Source of the DNA: an uncultured Acidobacteriota bacterium | GTDB lineage: Bacteria > Acidobacteriota > Terriglobia > Terriglobales > Acidobacteriaceae | DNA length: 64,000 nt | NCBI GenBank assembly: GCA_963844605.1 | Contig: CAWJPE010000014.1 | Location: 132,707-196,706 of the forward strand | Direction: 5' to 3' | Shown here: piece after piece, positions 1 through 10,419 of the stretch | How positions within the stretch are numbered: the stretch's first letter is position 1 | How the letters are laid out: each line of letters begins with the position of its first letter | The notes under the pieces: generated by a model | Told to the model about the DNA's origin: nothing | Database searches by the model: none | What the model saw: only the letters and a program-made list of their open reading frames with translations | Made by a program: the position numbers and the translations under genes

Positions 1-1
1 G

Positions 2-400
2 GGCGATGCGGGCTATGAGCTGCAGGTGCTGGACAACTACAACAACAAGACCTATGTGAACGGTGAGGCCGGGTCGATCTACAAGCAGGCGATTCCGCTG
101 GCGACGCCTTCGCGCAAGCCCGGCGAGTGGCAGACATACGACGTGGTGTGGACAGCGCCGCGCTTCGACGGCGACGGCTCGCTGAAGACACCGGCGTTTG
201 TGACAGTCTTCTTCAACGGCGTCATTGTGCAGAACCATTTTCAGGTGGAAGGACAGACCCTGTTCGTGGGCAAGCCGTTCTATAAGGCGTATGACCGCGC
301 GCCGATCAAGCTGCAGGCGCACGGCGACAAAAGCGAGCCGATCAGCTTCCGCAACATCTGGGTGCGCGAGTTGACGTTTGATCCCACCTATAAGAAGTAG
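2..400 (+). CDS. DUF1080 (3-keto-disaccharide hydrolase-like) domain protein, C-terminal part; 5' end lies outside the window
   Basis: The frame is open to the window edge (GDAGYELQVLDNYNNKTY...). YELQVLDN, GEWQTYDVVW and ISFRNIWVREL match typical DUF1080 motifs. Confidence 0.7.
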   Translation, partial: GDAGYELQVLDNYNNKTYVNGEAGSIYKQAIPLATPSRKPGEWQTYDVVWTAPRFDGDGSLKTPAFVTVFFNGVIVQNHFQVEGQTLFVGKPFYKAYDRAPIKLQAHGDKSEPISFRNIWVRELTFDPTYKK

Positions 401-455
401 TCCTCCAGCGAGCAAGTGCCCTTTCGATCGCAGCTAACTAGAAGGTGGTCGCGCT

Positions 456-3185
456 CTATTGCTTCTTCCAGAAGGTAACTCTCAATCCTCCATAAATATT
501 GAAAGGGGCGCCGGGTGCCTGGAAAGAAGATGAGCGGATAGGGACGTTGTCGTCTCCGTACGGTGTGCCAAAGGGCTGCGCGACGAAACGATCGTTGTTA
601 TCGAACGGTGTGGTGCCTAGCTGTGCGGCGGTCGAGTAATGCTTATCGAGAATATTGTTAATCTGCATGAAGAGTTGAAAGTGATCCGTCATCTGGTACC
701 GCGCGCCAATGCCACCGACACCGTATCCGGGAGACTTTCCGGGGCCTAAATAGTAAACGCCGTCCGGTTGATCCAGATTGTTTTCGTTACCGCGCGCGTA
801 GGCGGATCCGACAGCGAGAATGTTCATCTCTACAATCAGCTTGGAAGATGGATGGTACTGGCCGTAAAGCTTGAATATGTTACGTGGAACCTGCGGTATG
901 AAATCGCCGGGTACGATGTGAATGTTGTCATCGATGCCGGGTTGACCCGCCAGCGCACTGTCGTTCGTACTGTTGCTGCCGCCATCGATTGTCTGCTGGC
1001 TTTGATAGGTGGCATTCATGAAGGTGTAGTTGCTGCCCACACTCCAGTGTCGCCAGTCCTCTGAGACCTCTAATTCGATACCATCCCGGCGTGTTTTGCC
1101 GAAATTGAGGAAGTAACCGAATCCAGTCTGTTCGGAGGCGACAAAAAGCAGGTCGTTAGCGTTCTGGCCAAAGAAATAATCGGCGCTCCAGTGGAACTGG
1201 CGGTTCTCGTTGCTGCGGATGCCTATTTCAATCGTGCGCGAGACGACTTGTTTGAGAGGCGGATCGCTGACCAGCGCGTTTGGCAGGTTGCACGGCTCGG
1301 TGGGATCGGAACAACCAAGCTCAATGGATGTCGGAGAGCGGCTTGCCTCGCTGTAATTGAAATAGGTGTTGAAGAGGGGGGAAGGCTTGTAAGTAAAACC
1401 AACCGCCGGGTTGAAGCGCTGAAAGACATTATTGCTGGTCAGGTTGCCACGCGCTGCCGAAACGGGCAGATAATCCAGATTGTCGAGCGAGGTGTGATTG
1501 TAGCGTCCGGACAAAGTAACGGCCCAGGGGCCAGAGGTGAACGTGTCGGTGGCATAAATGCTGGGCGTGTTCACCGTTCCATGAAGGAGCACCTGGGTGT
1601 CGACGGGGTCTCCGTCGTCAAACGTCGTGCCATTCAGGAAGATCGGGACGAGTGTAAACGAAACATTATCGGTGTTCAGATAACCGAGTTGAGTGAGTTG
1701 ATGGTAGGTTGACGTGCCACGATCCCAGCTGGCGCCCACGGAAAGCCGATTATGTTTTGTCTGCCACGTAACCAGACCGGAGAGGCCATAGGCATTCTCT
1801 TTATCAGTAGTTCGCGTAATGACGCCATTGCAAGTCGAGGACGGATCACCGCCAGTGTCGTTTTGAAGTACCTGCGCGAGGCAAAGCCAATAAGGGAACG
1901 GCTCGGTAGTCGGGTCGCCCGTGATCGGGAAGCCGGAGTACCCTGCGGCGGTGAGTGCAGCAACATCGTCGGGGCTTAGATCGTAAAGATTCTCGCCGAA
2001 TGAATCGTCATTCAAGTCGCCATTAGAACTGTCGGTGCGGACGTAACGATAGTATGCATTTGCGGAGAGTGTCAGACTGTCTGTTAAGGCGTGCGTGAAA
2101 TTAAAGGTCAATGAGGGTGAATGGTCCCATGTGATGTCGGGGATCGAATTAACAGAGGTATAGTCAACCGCTAAAAATCGGTAGTCCGAGGTGCCGTTGC
2201 CGGTCATCCAATTATCCGCATAGCCGCCGCTCAGAAACACACTTGTCTTGGTATCCGTCCATCCGACCTTGGCGAAAGCCTGCCGAACCTCCGAAGGAGA
2301 AAATTGCCGCCATCCATCTTCGCGATAGAGATTGCCTGCCATGTAGTAGTTGAAGCCATTGGGCAGCACGCCGCCTAACTCTCCTTCGCCGGCGCGCACA
2401 CCAAACTTGCCTCCGGTGAGCTGCAGTGATGCCCCAGGAGCGGTGATGCCATCCTTGGTATGCACCGCGATTGCTCCGCCCAAGGTGTTTAGGCCATACA
2501 CCGGATCAGAACCGGGGATGAGCGCCATGTCTCTGATAGCAACTTTGGGAATCAAGTCCCACGCGACGATGTCGCCGAAGGGCTGGTTCTGCCGCACCCC
2601 GTCGAGATAGACAGATAGCCCCTCCGGCGTTCCCAACAAGGGAGAAGCGGTGTAACCGCGGTAATTGATGTCCGGCTGATAAGGGTTTTCCGCGTTTTCA
2701 TTGATGTATACGCTGGTCAGGCGTTTATTCATAAGGTCTGCAAGGTCGAGCGCATTGCTGTCTTCCAGCTGTTTTGCGGTTAACCCTTGCACCGGCACCG
2801 GAATTTCATCGAGAGACTGGTTAGCCACCCCGATTGGCGTGGGCGAAAGGACAGTGACGCTGGTCGAGACACCTTGAACGAGGAGGGTAACCTGCTGTGA
2901 AACCGGCGTCGCCGAACTCACATTGATTGTGAGAATCCTGGTGGCAAATCCAGATCTTGAAATCTCCACGCGATAGAGTCCAAACTTTAAGCCGCTCAAA
3001 GAAAACGCACCCTGAGCATCCGTCTGGAATGTGCGGTCGGCTCCGGGGCCAGCTATGCGACCGCTGGCTGGTAAAGCAGCGCCGGTTGGATCGGTGACCT
3101 TCAGGCGAAGCTCGCCTGTGTTTACCTGGCCCAGAGCGGAAAATGAGCAGAATAAGAAGAAAACCATCCATCGGATTGACCGCAT
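456..3185 (-). CDS. TonB-dependent outer-membrane receptor with N-terminal carboxypeptidase-regulatory-like domain
   Basis: 909 aa with a signal peptide (MRSIRWMVFFLFCSFSALGQ). CarboxypepD_reg-like segment ELRLKVTDPTGAALP...YRVEISRSGFAT. Plug-like NYRGYTASPLLGTPEGLSVYLDGVRQNQPFGD. Long beta-barrel with an aromatic C-terminus. Confidence 0.9.
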   Translation of the reverse strand: MRSIRWMVFFLFCSFSALGQVNTGELRLKVTDPTGAALPASGRIAGPGADRTFQTDAQGAFSLSGLKFGLYRVEISRSGFATRILTINVSSATPVSQQVTLLVQGVSTSVTVLSPTPIGVANQSLDEIPVPVQGLTAKQLEDSNALDLADLMNKRLTSVYINENAENPYQPDINYRGYTASPLLGTPEGLSVYLDGVRQNQPFGDIVAWDLIPKVAIRDMALIPGSDPVYGLNTLGGAIAVHTKDGITAPGASLQLTGGKFGVRAGEGELGGVLPNGFNYYMAGNLYREDGWRQFSPSEVRQAFAKVGWTDTKTSVFLSGGYADNWMTGNGTSDYRFLAVDYTSVNSIPDITWDHSPSLTFNFTHALTDSLTLSANAYYRYVRTDSSNGDLNDDSFGENLYDLSPDDVAALTAAGYSGFPITGDPTTEPFPYWLCLAQVLQNDTGGDPSSTCNGVITRTTDKENAYGLSGLVTWQTKHNRLSVGASWDRGTSTYHQLTQLGYLNTDNVSFTLVPIFLNGTTFDDGDPVDTQVLLHGTVNTPSIYATDTFTSGPWAVTLSGRYNHTSLDNLDYLPVSAARGNLTSNNVFQRFNPAVGFTYKPSPLFNTYFNYSEASRSPTSIELGCSDPTEPCNLPNALVSDPPLKQVVSRTIEIGIRSNENRQFHWSADYFFGQNANDLLFVASEQTGFGYFLNFGKTRRDGIELEVSEDWRHWSVGSNYTFMNATYQSQQTIDGGSNSTNDSALAGQPGIDDNIHIVPGDFIPQVPRNIFKLYGQYHPSSKLIVEMNILAVGSAYARGNENNLDQPDGVYYLGPGKSPGYGVGGIGARYQMTDHFQLFMQINNILDKHYSTAAQLGTTPFDNNDRFVAQPFGTPYGDDNVPIRSSSFQAPGAPFNIYGGLRVTFWKKQ

Positions 3186-3322
3186 GCTTCCATATTCCGT
3201 TTTGTGCGATTCTGTTCAGTCTTTTTAGTGAGCCATTGCTCGAACGAGCCAGATTTGTGAAAAGAGTCTGAACAAATAGACGGCACGCGGAATTTAGTAT
3301 GTAGACAAGGCCAGACAGAGCA

Positions 3323-3904
3323 ATGACCGATTCAAACCAGGACTCGACGATGAGTCTGCCTTTGCCCGCGATGGCAAGCGCGACGCTTCCGGTTGTCCGC
3401 TCCGAAATTGAGGATGAGGTCGTTTCTATCTTCGACCAGTTTCAGGATCGGCTCTTCGGCTACGTGCTTTCGTTCGGCCTCACGGTCCACGATGCGGAAG
3501 ATATCGTCCAGGAGACCTTTCTTTCACTCTTCCGGCATCTCCAGCTCGGCCGCTCGCGGAGCAATCTGCGCGGTTGGGTATTTCGGGTGGGACACAATCT
3601 TGCTTTGAAGCGGCGCAGCGCGAATCAGGCGGCTGGGATCACCGTGGCCTATGACAGCATTGCGATTGCACATTCCGATTCCAGCCCCAGCGCGGAAGAA
3701 CAGATTGCCTTCAGCCAGCGGCAGAAGCGTCTGCTCGCAGTCCTGGAGGCTCTCCCGGAACAGGATCAACGCTGCCTGACGCTACGCGCGGAAGGGCTGA
3801 AGTACCGGGAGATTGCGGAGATCCTCGGCATTTCTCTGGGCGGCGTCTCGATGTCTCTGGCGCGATCCCTGGCACGTTTAACGCGCTCCGAAGGGAGGGG
3901 ATGA
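3323..3904 (+). CDS. ECF-type RNA polymerase sigma-70 family factor
   Basis: Region 2 DAEDIVQETFLSLFRHL...WVFRVGHNLA. Region 4 HTH LTLRAEGLKYREIAEILGISLGGVSMSLARS. 4-nt ATGA overlap with the next gene. Confidence 0.9.
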   Translation: MTDSNQDSTMSLPLPAMASATLPVVRSEIEDEVVSIFDQFQDRLFGYVLSFGLTVHDAEDIVQETFLSLFRHLQLGRSRSNLRGWVFRVGHNLALKRRSANQAAGITVAYDSIAIAHSDSSPSAEEQIAFSQRQKRLLAVLEALPEQDQRCLTLRAEGLKYREIAEILGISLGGVSMSLARSLARLTRSEGRG

Positions 3905-4842
3905 CGATGCCCGACAAAAACGTTCATCTACATACCCATTTGTCGGATCAGGATCTGCTGCTGTTTGCCGACGGCGAGCTTTCGTCACAGAGCGCGAACC
4001 GAATGCGGGAACATCTCTCCGCGTGCTGGACGTGCCGGGCGCGCGCCACCGAACTGGAAGGGGCCATCGCCGATTTCGTGCAGATTCAACAGAGCAGAGT
4101 CGAGACGCGGGTACGTCCCGTCGCCGGACTTCGCGCCTCGCTTAGAGCTCAGTTGGAGGAGGCCGCAGCGACGGCGCACAAATCGCGCTTTCGGCTATTT
4201 CCAGCAATATTTTCGTATCAGCTGGTATTCGGCTGCATTGCTCTGCTGATTGTGGCGGCTGGAGTTTGGAGGATGGGTTCCGGGGCGTTCCGCTCGAACG
4301 GAGGCATTGTTCAGGTCCAGGCCAGCGCGCTTCCCGACAGAACGCTGACACCGGGATTTACTCGCGACGTCAAGCTGGCCGAATTGTGCCGCAGGCGCCA
4401 CGCGGGTGCGCCACCTGCGGTCGATATTTCAACCGAGCGGACAGTCTTCAAGGAATACGGGGTGCCGGTTTCGACGAGTAAGTCGTACGAGCTCGATTAC
4501 CTGATCACGCCGGAGCTTGGCGGGGCGGACGATGTACGGAATCTATGGCCGGAACCATACGCGTCGACCGCCTGGAACGCCCACGTCAAGGATGAATTGG
4601 AGAATCGTCTCCACGAAATGGTCTGCGACGGCCAGATCGATTTGTCAACGGCGCAAAACGAGATTGCTACCAACTGGATCGCAGCCTACAAACTGCATTT
4701 TCATACCGACAGTCCGTTGCCGAATGCGGAGAATGTGACGTCATCCGGCCCGGGACGCGACACGGGGGCCTATCCTCGCCGGCAGGTTGTACTCTTGGCA
4801 GGTCGATTTTCGACGTGGTATCTGCCGATGGTTCTTCGGTAG
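3901..4842 (+). CDS. Anti-sigma factor (zf-HC2 type), single-pass membrane protein
   Basis: HLSACWTCRARATELEG matches the HxxxCxxC zinc-finger anti-sigma motif. One TM helix (LVFGCIALLIVAAGVW). Translationally coupled to the ECF sigma gene. Confidence 0.75.
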   Translation: MTMPDKNVHLHTHLSDQDLLLFADGELSSQSANRMREHLSACWTCRARATELEGAIADFVQIQQSRVETRVRPVAGLRASLRAQLEEAAATAHKSRFRLFPAIFSYQLVFGCIALLIVAAGVWRMGSGAFRSNGGIVQVQASALPDRTLTPGFTRDVKLAELCRRRHAGAPPAVDISTERTVFKEYGVPVSTSKSYELDYLITPELGGADDVRNLWPEPYASTAWNAHVKDELENRLHEMVCDGQIDLSTAQNEIATNWIAAYKLHFHTDSPLPNAENVTSSGPGRDTGAYPRRQVVLLAGRFSTWYLPMVLR

Positions 4843-4845
4843 CTT

Positions 4846-7683
4846 TTACTTCGCAGGGCCAGCGGCGTGAGCGCCTGCCTCCGGCGTTCCCAGCGGCATT
4901 GTGTGTACTTTCTGGTCCGCTGTCAGGACGAGAAGGACTTTCGTGGTTGGCTGGAATACAGCCAGTCGAACGGCCGCGTCGAAGCTGTAGTGGACCTGCT
5001 CTTTCGCGGTCGCGGTGTCATAGACGGCAATTTCATTATCGCGGTTGCGAGCGCAGAAGAGGTGCAGGTCGCTGTTCCAGGCAATCGGAGAGCCGAAGAC
5101 CTCTCCGATGCGCGTGGCATCGCTGGCGCGATAGATCACGGTATTGTCGAGCTCTCCTTTGATGAGAATGAAATTGCCTGTGGCCACTCCGCGGCGGGTA
5201 TCAGACCAGCCACCGCTCACGTCGCGGTCCGGCACAACCAGCTCATGCAGGTGCTGACCGGTGTGCTTGTCGACGACTTCCAGGAGCAGGCCTTTCTTCT
5301 TATCCTTGAGCGCGGCGATCTGTGGGGCGAGTGTGGGCAGCCCCTTGATTTCAGTCCGAGCACCAGCCGAGTCGAGATCCCAGGCCAGGATCATCGCAGG
5401 ATCCTCGACGGTAGCCCAACAGGCCGGTGTTTCCTGCGGATAGTTGCGGCTCCAAAGAAGAGCATTGTCTTTAATGCTGTGGATTTCGAGAGTTGCGTTT
5501 CGGTTTATGTCTTTATTTTTTCCTAATGGCTTGAACTGGATGATTTGATCACCGTTTTGCCAGGAGTGGTCGGGGAGCTTGAAGCCCAGTATCTGGCCCT
5601 GGCCCCGGTCGAAATCGTAGCGCACGACTAAGGGATCCATTCCGCGAAATTTGGGGTAGTTGCCGTAGAGCTGATTTGAGGAATCAATGTAGGCACCAGA
5701 ATATGGGCGGAGGAGAGCAACTCTTTGTCCAGTCGCCAGGTTCCATGCAGCAGACCGTGTGCGACTGGAGACGGTCAGGTACTTTCCATCGGGCGAGATG
5801 GCCGCTGCAGTTAGTCTGCCGAGCGCACTGATGGGCAGATCCAACTGCTGCACAGAAGAGGCTGCCCTGGGAGAAAACTCAATGCCGCCTTGCGGGCTTT
5901 CGGACGCAGACTCGTTGTCGTACAAATCTAACGCGTCGGCCTTGGAAACCCCGATGAACTTGTTGGTGTGGATGTTCAGAATGCCAGCTGCATAGTCCTT
6001 GAGTGGCCTGAAGATAATGGCGTCGCCGTGAGTTACGCTCTCCATGTATCCGCTGCCCATCGAAACCGGCTGTACGAGTGAACCGCGCGGAAAGGCGTAG
6101 ACGCCGGATTTCAATGGCTCCAACGTATTGAGGACGGCGATGCGATCCGATCCAATAAAGGTAAAGGGCGCCTGGTTAAGACGCTGGATGGCACCCCCAA
6201 GCGCGACGGGATGGCGTTCAGTGACGTCGTAGCCCATTGTCGAGGATCCGGCTGAGGCAAGCAGATAGCGGCCGTCGGCGGAGAAGGCGAGCGACAAGAC
6301 ATTCTCCCCCAGCAGGCTTTCGTAGTAGAGCTGCAGGAAGGCATAATCTGAAGCCAAACTCCCCGGGGCGTAAAACGAATTGTTTTCGTAGACGCGGGCG
6401 TTGGTTTCGACGTTGAGCAGGTCGAGGTAGACCTTGGGGAAATCTCCGGCCATCTCAATGCCTGCGCACAGAAGAAGTTTACCGTCCGGTGAAAGCGCGG
6501 TCTGCTGGCATCCCCTGGGGAAGACTACTTCGTGCACGGCGAGGCGCTTCTGATCGGCGATGCTCCACTCTTCGACGCGGAGCTTCGCGTCATGGAAGAC
6601 GATGTGCTGGGAATCGGGCGTAAAATGCGCAGGGTCGGTTTCGAAGGCGTCGATCTTGAAGAGGAACTTGAGCGGCGAAATCGAGCTGACGAAGATAGTT
6701 GATTCGTCCTGGGCCAGCAGATATTTTCCATCCGGACTGAAATGGATGCGATCAAGCTCTGCCCTCCGTGGCGGGTTGAGCGCGAGGGTCTTCTCGCCGG
6801 CGGCGAGTGCGGAAGCCTCGGCCGGTTTGCGTTCGATGACGCTTTGACGCCAGGAAATAAAGGCTGGAGACGACGTGGGCGACTGCGCTGCACAGTGCGC
6901 AGGAATCTCAGCTGCCAGCTTGAGATCGGCACGGTAACGCTTCGAGTCAGACTTGGTGATACCGAAGAAATCAGAGAGTGCGCCGCCGGTTTTTCCGTGG
7001 TTGTCGGCGAGCATGTCAAAGAACGTGGCGAAAGAGCGAGGTTGATAGCCAGCCCGCATCATGGCGTATATCGCGACCTGATCGGCAATGTCCTGATTGC
7101 GATCCTCGGCCTTCGAGTCGTCGGAAGCATGCTTTTTGGGCGGAGTAGCGATCAGTTGATGAAAGCGCGCAAAAATGTCCGCCCGATCTGTGACAGCGGT
7201 AACTCCCAGCTGCTGCCGAAAGGCCTGGGTCATCTCGATTGCGGTCTGGTGTGTAAGCAGGTGACCAAGTTCATGCGCGATCACTCCGGCGATATCGTCC
7301 TCATTTTGAGCAGCTGTCACCAGTTTCCGGCTTATATACACCCGGCCGCCCGCGACGCTGAATGCATTGAGCTCTCCAGCGTCATAGAGCCGGAACTGAA
7401 AACGAATGCCGCTGGGAGGGAGCGCCGCGAGGAGCTTTTGACCGATGGCGGCGAGGTAGTCGTTTTCGCCGGAACGAGGCACCAGCTTCAGATCGGGTTC
7501 GAGCCACTCGGCGATCGCGTCACCCAGATACTGCTCCTCCTGATCGTTAAAGATGTTTTGTCCAGCCGGTTTGAGAATGGCGGGAGCGGCGGGACAAGGC
7601 GAAGAGGAAGCGTCGGCCTGTCCAAAGGAACTGGCCGGGATGAGGGAGAGGCAGAGACCAAGAAGGAGACCGGGCTTACACAT
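4846..7683 (-). CDS. Secreted M48-family zinc metalloprotease fused to WD40/TolB-like beta-propeller repeats
   Basis: Signal peptide MCKPGLLLGLCLSLIPASSFGQ. HELGHL zinc motif in GVIAHELGHLLTHQ. Repeated SPDGKYLL-type propeller blades (FSPDGKYLLAQD, LSPDGKLLLCAG, FSADGRYLLASA, ISPDGKYLTVSS). Confidence 0.85.
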   Translation of the reverse strand: MCKPGLLLGLCLSLIPASSFGQADASSSPCPAAPAILKPAGQNIFNDQEEQYLGDAIAEWLEPDLKLVPRSGENDYLAAIGQKLLAALPPSGIRFQFRLYDAGELNAFSVAGGRVYISRKLVTAAQNEDDIAGVIAHELGHLLTHQTAIEMTQAFRQQLGVTAVTDRADIFARFHQLIATPPKKHASDDSKAEDRNQDIADQVAIYAMMRAGYQPRSFATFFDMLADNHGKTGGALSDFFGITKSDSKRYRADLKLAAEIPAHCAAQSPTSSPAFISWRQSVIERKPAEASALAAGEKTLALNPPRRAELDRIHFSPDGKYLLAQDESTIFVSSISPLKFLFKIDAFETDPAHFTPDSQHIVFHDAKLRVEEWSIADQKRLAVHEVVFPRGCQQTALSPDGKLLLCAGIEMAGDFPKVYLDLLNVETNARVYENNSFYAPGSLASDYAFLQLYYESLLGENVLSLAFSADGRYLLASAGSSTMGYDVTERHPVALGGAIQRLNQAPFTFIGSDRIAVLNTLEPLKSGVYAFPRGSLVQPVSMGSGYMESVTHGDAIIFRPLKDYAAGILNIHTNKFIGVSKADALDLYDNESASESPQGGIEFSPRAASSVQQLDLPISALGRLTAAAISPDGKYLTVSSRTRSAAWNLATGQRVALLRPYSGAYIDSSNQLYGNYPKFRGMDPLVVRYDFDRGQGQILGFKLPDHSWQNGDQIIQFKPLGKNKDINRNATLEIHSIKDNALLWSRNYPQETPACWATVEDPAMILAWDLDSAGARTEIKGLPTLAPQIAALKDKKKGLLLEVVDKHTGQHLHELVVPDRDVSGGWSDTRRGVATGNFILIKGELDNTVIYRASDATRIGEVFGSPIAWNSDLHLFCARNRDNEIAVYDTATAKEQVHYSFDAAVRLAVFQPTTKVLLVLTADQKVHTMPLGTPEAGAHAAGPAK

Positions 7684-7827
7684 GAGAATGGTTCGCTGGT
7701 GATGATCGAGACGATAGCACCCGACTTTGCATTTGCTCCAGCAAAAAACTCAGGCGCTTTCAGGTTGAGGCTGGTGTGGGCTCGATAGTCTAATGTTGAC
7801 GCAGCGAGTTTGAGGGTTGAGGAGCGG

Positions 7828-10419
7828 ATGCAGGTGTACAAAGTGGTTGGGTCGATTCTCTCCAGACTTGCTGTATCCCTGCTTTTTGCGTGGGGTGCGA
7901 TGTTACCTTCACTCGTCGGCGCCCAGCAGTCGGGATCCTCGCATGAAGTCGAGGTTGGCATACTCGTAACGGCGACAGCCGAGCGGGCGGCGGATGTCCT
8001 CAGGCAGCTTAAGTCGGGCGCGGACTTTGGCGTGCTGGCGAAAGAAAAATCCATCGACCCGACTTCGAACGACGGAGGCTCGATGGGGCAGCTCGATCCC
8101 GATCAGCTGCGGCCGGAGTTGCGCGATGCCCTGGAGGGATTGAAGGCAGGAGAGTATTCCGCGGTCGTTCATATCCCGGCCGGGTTTGCGGTCCTTACGA
8201 TTTTTCCTGCCCGCAAGAGTGCTGCGCAGCTGAATCCAGAGCGCATTCAGGAGCTGATGTCGTCGGGCGTGGTGCGCTTTGGCATCAAAGTCGCGGGCGA
8301 TGTGGAAGAGAATGCCGCATTCGCCGACTATCCCAAGGAGGAGGGGTGGAATCGCGATTTGCGCGCGGTCTGCTCGATCCGCAAAGACGCCCATGCGGCG
8401 GCGGTCGATCAACTGAACGCGATGATGGCGCAGGCGCAGGCAGCGCCGGCGGGAAAGTACAGCCCGATCGACATGATGCAGGGGCACGGCGCGCTGTCGC
8501 AGTTAAATGCGTTCGTAGGCGACATGGATCAGTCCATCCAGCATGCGAAGGCTGCTTATCAGATTGCCGTGACAAGTGTCCCGGATGCCGTTCCCTATCT
8601 GGCGGAGACGGTGGGAGCGCTCTATCTGCATAAGTCGGAGATGGAGAACGGTGTGTATCGCGATTCAGGCGACCAGGATTTCTTCCCTCCGCTGCGACCC
8701 GGCGCGCACTTCGAGAAGCAGGAGGATTCACGGCTGGCGATCCAGTACTTTCTGAAATATCTCGAACTGAAGCCGGGCGATTACGAGGTGAGGTGGCTGC
8801 TGAATCTCGCGTACATGACCGTGGGCGAGTATCCGGCGGGAGTGCCGGCGGCATACCTGATTCCGCCGAGGGCGTTTGAGTCGAAGCAGAATGTGGGACG
8901 GTTTACAGATGTAGCGAAAGCGGCTGGATTGAATGTGTTTTCCGAGGCGGGCGGGGCGATCGTGGAGGACTTCGACAACGATGGGTTGCTCGATGTGGTG
9001 ACATCGAGCATGGATGTGTGCGAGCCTCTGCATTTCTTCCACAACAACGGAGACGGGACCTTCACGGATCGCGCTGCGCAGGCCGGGTTAGCCGATCAGT
9101 TGGGCGGGTTGAACGTCGTCGCCGCCGATTACAACAATGACGGCTGCATGGACATCCTGGTGCTGCGCGGAGGGTGGGAGTTTCCGGTGCGGAAGTCTCT
9201 GCTGAAGAACAACTGCGATGGCACGTTTACGGACGTGACGCAGGCCAGCGGGCTGGGTGAGACGGTGACCCGGACGCAGACGGCGGCCTGGGCGGACATC
9301 GACAATGATGGGTATCTCGACCTGTTTATCGGCAATGAGAATGCTCCCAGCCAGTTGTTTCGCAACAAAGGCGATGGGACGTTTGAGGATATTTCGCATG
9401 CGGCTGGCGTGGACCGCATAGCGTATACCAAGGGAGTGGCGGCGGCAGATTACGATAACGATGGCTACGTCGACTTCTATGTGTCGAACGTGAACGGAGC
9501 GAATTTTCTTTATCACAATAACCACGACCGCACCTTTGCCGAAGTAGGGAAGCAGGCAGGGGTGCAGGCTCCGTGGTTCAGCTTTGCGACGTGGTTTTTC
9601 GACTACGACAACGATGGCTGGCCGGATCTGTTTGTGACCACCTACTTCAACTCGGTGGATGAGCCGGTCAGGAGCGCGCTCGGACTTTCCTATCACGTGG
9701 AGACGATCAAGCTCTATCGCAACTTGCACAACGGAGCGTTTGAAGACGTCACAGCACAGGTGGGTCTGGACAAGGTGCTCATACCGATGGGCTCGAATTT
9801 TGGCGATGTGGACAACGACGGCTATCTGGATATCTATCTCGGTCAGGGAGGGCCTTCGTTCACGACGATGCTGCCGCATGTTCTGTTCAGGAATGACGCG
9901 GGGACCCGCTTCGTCGACATCACCGCTTCGTCGGGCACGGGCGAGCTGCATAAAGGGCACGGCGTAGCATTTGCCGATCTTGAACGGAGCGGCCATGAGG
10001 ATATTGTTGCCGAGACTGGCGGGGCGATCTTTTCGGACAAACACACGATGCGGGTCTTCGAGAATCCGGGGAACGACAATGACTGGATCAACGTTCGGCT
10101 GGTGGGCGTGAAGAGCAATCGGAGCGCGGTGGGAGCGGAGATCAAGGTCACGGTGGAAGACGATGGCGCTGCGCCGCGCTCCATCTACAGGCGGGTTGGA
10201 GATACGAGTTCGTTCGGCCAGAACCCGCTGGAGCAGCATATCGGGCTGGGGCATGGAGCGCGCATCCAGTCTCTCGATGTGTGGTGGCCTGCGTCGAATA
10301 CGCGGCAACATTTTGCGCGCGTGGACAAGAACGAGTACATAGAGATCAAGGAATTTGCGACTGATTTTGCGAAGCTGGATCGCAAACCGTACAAGCTCGG
10401 CGGCAAGGCGGCGCGGTGA
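7828..10419 (+). CDS. FG-GAP/VCBS-repeat protein with C-terminal ASPIC/UnbV domain (CRTAC1 family) and N-terminal degenerate parvulin-like domain
   Basis: Repeated DxDNDGxxD calcium-type FG-GAP motifs (DFDNDGLLDV, DYNNDGCMDI, DIDNDGYLDL, DYDNDGYVDF, DYDNDGWPDL, DVDNDGYLDI). C-terminal UnbV_ASPIC-like NRSAVGAEIKV...SFGQNPLEQHIGLG. N-terminal PpiC-like GADFGVLAKEKSIDPTSNDGGSMG. The start is uncertain (TTG 7810 or ATG 7828). Confidence 0.85.
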   Translation: MQVYKVVGSILSRLAVSLLFAWGAMLPSLVGAQQSGSSHEVEVGILVTATAERAADVLRQLKSGADFGVLAKEKSIDPTSNDGGSMGQLDPDQLRPELRDALEGLKAGEYSAVVHIPAGFAVLTIFPARKSAAQLNPERIQELMSSGVVRFGIKVAGDVEENAAFADYPKEEGWNRDLRAVCSIRKDAHAAAVDQLNAMMAQAQAAPAGKYSPIDMMQGHGALSQLNAFVGDMDQSIQHAKAAYQIAVTSVPDAVPYLAETVGALYLHKSEMENGVYRDSGDQDFFPPLRPGAHFEKQEDSRLAIQYFLKYLELKPGDYEVRWLLNLAYMTVGEYPAGVPAAYLIPPRAFESKQNVGRFTDVAKAAGLNVFSEAGGAIVEDFDNDGLLDVVTSSMDVCEPLHFFHNNGDGTFTDRAAQAGLADQLGGLNVVAADYNNDGCMDILVLRGGWEFPVRKSLLKNNCDGTFTDVTQASGLGETVTRTQTAAWADIDNDGYLDLFIGNENAPSQLFRNKGDGTFEDISHAAGVDRIAYTKGVAAADYDNDGYVDFYVSNVNGANFLYHNNHDRTFAEVGKQAGVQAPWFSFATWFFDYDNDGWPDLFVTTYFNSVDEPVRSALGLSYHVETIKLYRNLHNGAFEDVTAQVGLDKVLIPMGSNFGDVDNDGYLDIYLGQGGPSFTTMLPHVLFRNDAGTRFVDITASSGTGELHKGHGVAFADLERSGHEDIVAETGGAIFSDKHTMRVFENPGNDNDWINVRLVGVKSNRSAVGAEIKVTVEDDGAAPRSIYRRVGDTSSFGQNPLEQHIGLGHGARIQSLDVWWPASNTRQHFARVDKNEYIEIKEFATDFAKLDRKPYKLGGKAAR

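Noticed and set aside
6742-7788. 348-aa plus-strand ORF
   Set aside because: It is antisense to the M48 protease gene (HELGH motif and signal peptide on the other strand).
9088-10311. 407-aa minus-strand ORF
   Set aside because: It is antisense to the FG-GAP/ASPIC gene, which has six clear DxDNDG repeats. The product is Arg/His/Ile-rich junk.
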